64,000 bases of DNA from Okamejei kenojei. Its lineage: Eukaryota. Of the stretch, positions 58,601 through 64,000 are shown piece after piece. The notes beneath the pieces are model-generated. The model did no database searches. It saw nothing but the letters and a program-made list of their open reading frames with translations, and was not told where the DNA came from. Both the position numbers and the translations under genes were made by a program. Location of the stretch: positions 17,484,001-17,548,000 of the forward strand of contig CM069168.1 in the NCBI GenBank assembly GCA_035221665.1, in the 5' to 3' direction. Within the stretch, counting starts at the first letter, position 1, and each line of letters begins with the position of its first letter.

Positions 58601-61600
58601 AAGCAACCAAAAAGATTATTGAGAGCAAGGCCATAGACGTCTATATGGACTCGACAAGCATTTGGTAAGGGTTTACATGGTAGGCTGGATTGAGACACTT
58701 CTTCAGACGTAGATTAGATCTTATGGGATCCACAGTCAAATTAATGCACAGTCTTTTACTCAGAGTAGGGGGGCTCAAGAACCAGGGGAGAGAGGTTTAT
58801 GGTGAGATTTGAAACTTTTAATAGGAACCTGAGGGGCAACCTTTTCCACAGAGGATGGTGGGTATTTGGAATGAGCTGCCAGAGGAGGTGGTTGAAGCAG
58901 GTATTGTAGCAACATTTAAAAGACATTTGGACAGGTTCATAGATAGGAAGGTTTAGATGGGCATGGGTCAGTTGTGGGCAGGTAGCACTAGTAGATGGGG
59001 CATCTTGCTCAGCATGGGCAAGTTGGGCAGAAGGGCCTGTTGCTGTGCTGTATGATTCTAGGACTTTATTAGAACTATTTTGCAGAATGTGCAAAGTTTT
59101 AAACTCATCATTTGTTTGCATATAACACTCTAAACCATAAAGGAATTGTAGCCAACATTACCAATGCTGGTGAGCGATATGGGAACATGAGCGTGCTTAA
59201 AATATTGTGGCTAAAATCACTGAATAGCTGACAAAATGATGTGGTCTCAGTGCTGGCAATGGTGTGAAGCAGATTACCATCATGCGCCAAGTTTCATCTG
59301 CAAGTGAAAAAAGATAAACAAATCTCAAAGATGAACACAAAATGCTTTAATAACAGCGGAACGGGCAGCATTTCTGGATGGATGGAATGGGAGATGATTC
59401 GGGTCGAGACCCTTCTTCAGAGGTCAGGGTCTGAAGAAGTGTCTCAACCTGAAATGTCACCCGCTCCTTCTCTCCAGAGATGTTGCCTGACCCGCTGAGT
59501 TACTCCAGCCATATGTGCCCAACGTTATGAGTCGGATATCGCTCTTAGGGCTAACAAAATCAAGGGATATGGAAAGAAAGCATTTGGATGATCAGCCATG
59601 ATCGTATTGAAAAACATACGACTCTTTGGGCGACTACCCACGACCATACAGGCGTCGCGTGTCGACATGTCACGGGGTGATGCCTATATGGCCGTGAGTA
59701 GTCGCCCAAAGATTGGTACCTGTTTCTGGTTGCCGCTGGATTTTCAACATTTTGAGAATTTTCGGCGACCTGCTGAGACTATGACGGGTACCGGCAAGTC
59801 GCCAAAAGAGTTGCATAAGTGGGACAGGCCCTTTAGTGTATTCTCCATACCTGAATATTCTAGGTTTTGTTTAGCACCGTTTAAAAAGCAAAATACAACT
59901 TACAAATTAAAAGCAGAAAATGTATATTAAATGCATCACAGTACTGCTTGACCCTGCTGGGAGTACTATACATGGTTCTTGTCTCCAAGAAAGAAAAGAA
60001 TTGGAGGAGACTCAAAAAGATTCATGATGTTAATATGAGAGGATATTACACTTTTATATAATCATCAAAGGGATGTGGGCTTTACAGGGTGATCCGGTAT
60101 TTAATTGCCCATCCTTAGTTGCCAATGGAAAGGTGCTTAAGATCTCCCTTGAAACCCAGTAATCCATGAGGTGCAGGCATGTTCGCACAGTCTGTCTCCC
60201 GGTGACCACGGGGTTTTCCTCCGGGTGCTGTAGTTTCCTCCCACAACCCAAAGATGTGCAGGTTGGTAGGTTTACTGGCACTAGAAAATAGACAATAGGT
60301 GCAGGAGTAGGCCATTCGGCCCTTCGAGCCAGCACCGCCATTCAATGTGATCATGGCTGGTCATCCCCAATCAGTACCCCATTCCTTCCTTCTCCCCATA
60401 TCCCCTGAATCCGCTTTCTTTAAGAGCCCTATCTAGCTCTCTCTTGAAAGCATCCAGAGAACCCGCCTCCACCGCACTCCGAGGCAGAGAATTCCACAGA
60501 CTCACAACTCTCTGTGAGAAAAAGTGTTTCCTCATCTCCATTCTAAATGGCTTACCACTTATTCTTAAACTGTGGTCCCTGGTTCTGGGAACATGTTTCC
60601 TGCCTCTAGCGTGTCCAAACCCTTAATAATCTTATATGTTTCAATAAGATCTCATCTTTCTATACTCCAGAGCGTACAAGCCCAGCCGCTCCATTCTCTC
60701 AGCATATGACAGTCCCGCCATCCTGGGAATTAACCTTGTAAACCTATGCTGCACTCCCTCAATAGCAAGAATGTCCTTCCTCAAATTAGGGGACCAAAAC
60801 TGCACACGATACTCCAGGTGCTCCTGGTGCTGTGTGCAGGGAATTGATGACAATATGGAGAGAGTAAAGTTGGATATGATTAGTGGGTGGTTGATGGTCA
60901 GTATGGAGTCAGTGGGCCGAAGGGCCTGTTTCAGTGCTCTATCTATGAGTCTACAATAATTTATTATAATATGTTTATAATGTTGGGAGTAGAGGATGGG
61001 AGGCATATGTGGAGCAGGAGAGCTTGGTTGAAAAACTAGTTTGTTATAGATTTGATACCATGTATGTTGGACAACATTTAACGATGTTGGTTTCAATAAA
61101 ATACATTTTTTTAAAAATATTTCTCTACTCAAAGAAACCTTAGAGAGAATGCAATAAACGTCTGTACTGTGGTATGATATGTTTTTGATTGTGGTGTGAA
61201 AATAGCTTTCCAATCTCACCAAGTTCTATCTGCTTCAATGGTTTGGGTCACCCCTACTAAGAGAAATGCAATTGAAACCATTTAGTTCTGGGTGGTAAGA
61301 AAGGGATGCTCTCACAGAAGGTCAATGCTGGGAGAGATTCTAAATTACAAGTGGTAAATTCATTGAAAACTGAAAGGTCTGTTTCATTGTGAAGTTACAT
61401 GTGTGGGAAGAAAGTTACTATGCCAAACTGACCACGTTCTGATGTGAAATGAGTGTGTTTGGCTGCCCTGGACTGCATGGGATGCAAATGATTGTCTGGC
61501 ACCAGACCTACCGGTGAGGTTTTCAAATCTCTTGTACAACATAAGCTGTGGAGAAAAGCACAAAATGCTGGAAGTCAGCGGGTCGAACAGCATCTTGGGG

Positions 61601-63452
61601 AATGGGGGGAATCGACAGACTAAAGGACCTGTCCCACAGTCGATTTTTTTTTTGGCGTCTGCCGGCACCCGTCATAGTCACAGCAGGTCGCCGCAAAATT
61701 TCGAAATGTTGAAAATCCAGCGGTGACCAGAACAAGATACGACTCCTTGGGCGACTACTCACGACCAAGCAGGCGTCACCCCGTGGCATGTCGACACATG
61801 ACGCCTGTTTGGTGGTGAGTAGTCGCCCAAAGAGTCGTACCTTTACTGGTCGCTGCTGGATTTTCAACACGTTTGAACATTTTCGGCAACCTGCTGCGAC
61901 TATGACGGGTGCCGGCAAGCCACCGAAATCCCGTAAGTGAGTCAGGCCCTTAAGGAAGATCCCCAATACGAAACGCTGCCTGTCCGTTTCCCTCCACAGG
62001 TGCGCCTGACCTGCTAAGTTACTCCAGAACTTCATATTTTGCACTGGATTCCATCATCTGCAGGTCCTTGTATCTTCATAAGCTGTGGTGGCTAGGTTAG
62101 AAATGTCAACATCTCACAGTCTCTACACCTGCTGCCTGTTCTTGCAGCCATCTAGTCCTTGCTCCACCTTCCACAGCTGCAGTTGCTTGTGTCTCCATCC
62201 CATTACTGCATTCCACTCGGATTCTCATAGAGCCATCGAGCATGGAATCAGGCCCTTCGGCCCAACTTGCCCATACTGACCAGGATGCCCCATCTACTGT
62301 AGTGGCACCATTCCGTGTTTGGTCCATATATCTCAACCTCTCCTATCGGGGTGGGAGATTGCAACCTTCACGTGGTCCGTCCTTTTTCGACGAATGCAAT
62401 AAACCTGGCGTGCACAATCCAGTAAGATCAAATAGAACAGGTTGTCCTACAACGTTAGGCTGTGCATGCCGTACGCAAGAAGAAGAACCTCTCCTATCCA
62501 TGTACCTGTCCAAATGTCTTTTCAATGCTGTCTTAAATGAAGATGCTTTTAAAATGCTTTTAAATGAAGATAGATAAATGCTGCCAATACCTGCCTCAAT
62601 CTGCCTCACCTGCCCCTTCAAGTAAGCATTCTTCAATTCTTTTGAAGTATGCTTCAAAGTTCTCCTCTCCTCAGTGAGTTCTAAGAGTCCTCTCTCATTG
62701 TGGTTACTCTGTCATTTTGACTGCCCTTCGTCTCTTCACGAGCAGCCTGTCTCACCCCTCTTGCTCACCTCTTTATTCTGGCTCGCCTTCCTCTACACCA
62801 GGGGTGGGCAATATGTTCTGTTTAGGGGCCGGGACGCGTGTCTGTGAGCGGATGGCGGGCCACATCTATCACGTGTACACATGGATCCGCCCCCATCCCA
62901 CCCCGGGTGGCAGGCATCAAATCACGTGCTCACAGAAGGTAGACAAAAATGCTGGAGAAACTCAGCAGGTGAGGCAGCCTCATGCAATCCTTGCATGTCT
63001 ACCTTCGATTTTTCCAGCATCTGCAGTTTTTTCTTAAACGTGTTCACAGCAGGTGCGCGGCCGTGCTGGCGGCTGTCCGTAGGATGCGATAGCCAGAGCT
63101 CGGCGCCCGGTGGGCCGGATGATCACGGGAGGGAAAAAAAATCTGCCTGCGGGCGGGATGATTACGGGTTACGGGCCGTAGGTTGCCAACCCCTGGTCTA
63201 CACTCTGTACAGACAGCACCTGAGGGAAGGATCAAACCAAGGTCTCTGATGCTGTAAGACACCAACTCTACTGCCGCGCCAGTTTTCTTGCACACTGAGT
63301 TGATGTATTGAGTGAAATGGTTGTTGCATCATTGACATTGTGCTGTGTTGACTGCAGGAATCCCTGGCGAGCCACTACCAGTGGAGAGTGAAAGCGACAT
63401 CTTCGAATACATTGAATGGCGATACCGGGAACCGAAGGAACGAAGTGAGTGA
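20928..63452 (+). CDS. POLB: DNA polymerase beta, 14 exons
   Basis: [20 protein letters not shown]...[10 protein letters not shown]...K72...[21 protein letters not shown]...[25 protein letters not shown]...YREPKERSE*. Exon sizes 61,(58),67,75,59,50,52,55,73,71,87,65,140,95 match the mammalian POLB structure as recalled. Catalytic D190/D192/D256 are present. Confidence 0.97.
21020..24410 (+). repeat. Pyrimidine-rich minisatellite, ~20 bp unit CCCCCCTTCCCCTCCTCTCT, containing assembly gaps 23314..23655 and 23812..23975
   Basis: More than 3 kb almost purely C/T on the + strand. Confidence 0.9.
25467..25540 (+). other. POLB: Garbled remnant of POLB exon 2
   Basis: AACTTTGAG (NFE, 25483) and AAGTACAATGCA (KYNA, 25521) match the expected ELANFEKNV...HKYNAYR in the right place, but frame and splice sites are corrupted. 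Confidence 0.55.
26055..26360 (-). mobile_element. V-SINE (HE1-like)
   Basis: Reverse-complement near-full-length copy. Confidence 0.8.
26609..26675 (+). CDS. POLB: POLB exon 3
   Basis: [22 protein letters not shown], 67 nt. Confidence 0.95.
26847..26921 (+). CDS. POLB: POLB exon 4
   Basis: [25 protein letters not shown], 75 nt. Confidence 0.95.
27590..27930 (+). mobile_element. RTE-clade LINE 3' end
   Basis: [24 protein letters not shown] then, in another frame, [14 protein letters not shown]; (GAT)n tail at ~27919. Confidence 0.8.
27988..28046 (+). CDS. POLB: POLB exon 5
   Basis: [20 protein letters not shown], 59 nt. Confidence 0.95.
28630..28679 (+). CDS. POLB: POLB exon 6
   Basis: [16 protein letters not shown], 50 nt. 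Confidence 0.95.
29453..29504 (+). CDS. POLB: POLB exon 7
   Basis: [17 protein letters not shown], 52 nt. Confidence 0.95.
31570..31624 (+). CDS. POLB: POLB exon 8
   Basis: [18 protein letters not shown], 55 nt. Confidence 0.95.
31773..32350 (-). mobile_element. V-SINE split by a + strand CR1 3' fragment (~31942..32228)
   Basis: SINE tail and head halves flank CR1 sequence (GAGAGTTGTGAGTCTGTGGAATTCTCTGCC). Confidence 0.75.
32969..33457 (-). mobile_element. Penelope-like retroelement, 5'-truncated: GIY-YIG endonuclease plus terminal repeat
   Basis: [32 protein letters not shown]...HFN...[21 protein letters not shown]; 16-bp TSD TCTCCTTTAAACATTG at 32953..32968 and 33458..33473. Confidence 0.9.
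33622..33694 (+). CDS. POLB: POLB exon 9
   Basis: [24 protein letters not shown], 73 nt. Confidence 0.95.
34036..34556 (+). mobile_element. CR1 LINE 3' fragment
   Basis: ORF 34174..34416 [38 protein letters not shown]; (TTTCTATG)n tail. Confidence 0.88.
35217..35287 (+). CDS. POLB: POLB exon 10 (catalytic D190/D192)
   Basis: [23 protein letters not shown], 71 nt. Confidence 0.95.
35847..36229 (+). mobile_element. Penelope-like element 3' end (GIY-YIG C-terminus plus terminal repeat with hammerhead-like motif)
   Basis: [46 protein letters not shown]; CTGAAGA..GAAACGTC at 36101..36128. Confidence 0.85.
37070..37240. mobile_element. Fold-back Penelope-derived insertion with 15-bp TSD
   Basis: AAAGATAGTCTGAGG at 37055..37069 and 37241..37255; inserted into a minus-strand Rex1-type tail. 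Confidence 0.85.
38098..38247. mobile_element. Fold-back Penelope-derived insertion with 14-bp TSD
   Basis: CTCAATATTGAATG at 38084..38097 and 38248..38261. Confidence 0.85.
38905..39845 (-). mobile_element. Rex1/Babar LINE reverse-transcriptase fragment
   Basis: [69 protein letters not shown]. Confidence 0.92.
40661..40698. repeat. Compound (TA)n(GA)n microsatellite
   Basis: Read directly from the sequence. Confidence 0.9.
41317..41552 (+). mobile_element. Unclassified non-autonomous retroelement 3' part, inserted in a minus-strand CR1 (41116..41830)
   Basis: Reverse complement matches 45085..45182 plus 45763..45905; ends in AATAAA and TTGAACCTTTGAA. Confidence 0.6.
42294..42380 (+). CDS. 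POLB: POLB exon 11
   Basis: [29 protein letters not shown], 87 nt. Confidence 0.95.
42570..42890 (+). mobile_element. Full-length tRNA-derived V-SINE (HE1-like)
   Basis: Pol III A box TGGCGCAGCGG, B box GGTTCGATCC, V core, CR1-like tail GGGCCGAAGGGCCTGTTT. Further copies at ~28955(-), 46556, 47560, 52295, 55810, 57277, 60195 and 63204(-). Confidence 0.85.
44680..46555 (+). mobile_element. Old Rex1-like LINE split by nested insertions (45085..46050)
   Basis: [18 protein letters not shown] before, and [20 protein letters not shown] after, the inserts. Confidence 0.7.
45183..45762 (+). mobile_element. RTE-X-like LINE 3' end
   Basis: [47 protein letters not shown]; AATAAA and (TTA)n tail; flanking ATAACA duplication. 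Confidence 0.7.
47985..48191. mobile_element. Fold-back Penelope-derived insertion with hammerhead-like motif and 11-bp TSD
   Basis: AACAAAGTCAA at 47974..47984 and 48192..48202; CTGAAGAAGGGTCTCGACCCGAAA at 48108..48131. Confidence 0.8.
48320..48897 (+). mobile_element. Rex1/Babar LINE 3' end (second subfamily) with (TTCA)n tail
   Basis: [61 protein letters not shown]. Confidence 0.85.
49159..50759 (-). mobile_element. Full-span, inactivated Tc1 transposon of IR/DR type
   Basis: ~215-bp terminal inverted repeats with inner and outer CCATAATGTTTGGGAC-like direct repeats; right end CTG|TA; paired-like HTH and GRPR-like linker (..[28 protein letters not shown]); frameshifts in the catalytic region. 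Confidence 0.92.
57019..57083 (+). CDS. POLB: POLB exon 12 (D256)
   Basis: [22 protein letters not shown], 65 nt. Confidence 0.95.
58049..58188 (+). CDS. POLB: POLB exon 13
   Basis: [46 protein letters not shown], 140 nt. Confidence 0.96.
58545..59060 (+). mobile_element. Degraded CR1 LINE fragments
   Basis: QHGF..G.CL.NL-like and [19 protein letters not shown]-like segments. Confidence 0.65.
60285..60818 (-). mobile_element. CR1 LINE 3' fragment inserted in a V-SINE
   Basis: [47 protein letters not shown]. Confidence 0.88.
61624..61950. mobile_element. Palindromic PIF/Harbinger-like MITE with TAA TSD
   Basis: TAA|AGGACCTGTCCCAC...GTGAGTCAGGCCCT|TAA with long inverted arms; partial copies at ~51520..51667, 54115..54270 and 59615..59832. 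Confidence 0.82.
62348..62485 (+). mobile_element. Short non-LTR insertion with (AAG)n tail and 13-bp TSD (possibly Vingi-like)
   Basis: AACCTCTCCTATC at 62335..62347 and 62486..62498; ends GCCGTACGCAAGAAGAAG. Confidence 0.65.
62799..63195. mobile_element. hAT (Charlie-like) MITE with a nested Penelope-derived fold-back (~62936..63038)
   Basis: TIRs CAGGGGTGGGCAA / TTGCCAACCCCTG; 8-bp TSD CTCTACAC / GTCTACAC. Confidence 0.82.
63358..63452 (+). CDS. POLB: POLB exon 14
   Basis: [30 protein letters not shown], 95 nt. Confidence 0.96.
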
Positions 63453-63667
63453 GTGCCACCTGACGATCACGCGCAGAATCACCTCACAGAACACTCCGGG
63501 GTTCAGTGGGAGCGAGAATGTGCTGAACCTTGACAAGTAAAGAACCGACTGAAATATTTCGGAAGGAATTCTCGATAACTTTATTCATTATTGGTAATGC
63601 GCATATGGCTAGCATGTTACGTATTTATAGAGGTCAACTTTTGTACAAGGCCCCATGCAGTAATATC

Positions 63668-63730
63668 AATAAAGCACAATTAGGGAACTGCGGTGTAGTA
63701 TTTAATCATGACTGAAAAATAATCAATAAA
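63668..63730 (+). terminator. Tandem candidate POLB poly(A) signals
   Basis: AATAAA at 63668..63673 and 63725..63730. Confidence 0.6.
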
Positions 63731-64000
63731 AATATTCACAACATGTTTGTAAAACTAGTGGAGCAGAAGGGTTCAACGTCACTAGTCAGGTAACATCAAA
63801 CAATGCAAACTACTGCAACATTCACAGTTAGATCGTTTCCAAACTTAACTCAACATCACTGATCATTTCCAGACAACCCCCTTTAATTCTTTTGATAAAT
63901 GAGTATAGTATATAGATTGTTTACTTAGTTGATCATTGCAAAGTCAATAATATTAGTGTCACATTCTCTACTTGGCTTGTACGCAGTATACATTCACAAA

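Overview
Eukaryotic (vertebrate) genomic DNA. The repeat landscape (V-SINE/HE1-type SINEs, CR1, Rex1, Penelope-like elements) points to a cartilaginous fish, probably a skate or ray; this is inference. Three intron-containing genes lie in tandem on the + strand: the last two coding exons of an IKK kinase (NEMO-binding LDWSWL motif; IKBKB by adjacency to POLB), a complete ENKD1 (7 coding exons, 6881..17379, plus a GC-rich first exon with an RFX X-box), and DNA polymerase beta POLB (20928..63452; 13 of 14 exons clean, exon 2 garbled in a low-quality stretch next to two N gaps). Introns are crowded with retroelements and DNA transposons, often nested. The most striking non-gene signal is a dense family of short fold-back insertions from a Penelope-like element. 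They have 11-16 bp target-site duplications, a fixed breakpoint about 35 nt inside the element end, and in the longer copies a minimal hammerhead-ribozyme-like motif (CTGANGA...GAAA), including a tandem array in the last IKBKB intron. Other points of interest: ENKD1 sitting between IKBKB and POLB, a MITE with three perfect CRE sites upstream of POLB, opposite-skew G-rich and C-rich minisatellites in the first introns, and several templated inverted duplications. Protein identities are from recalled homologue sequences, not database searches, and repeat boundaries are approximate.
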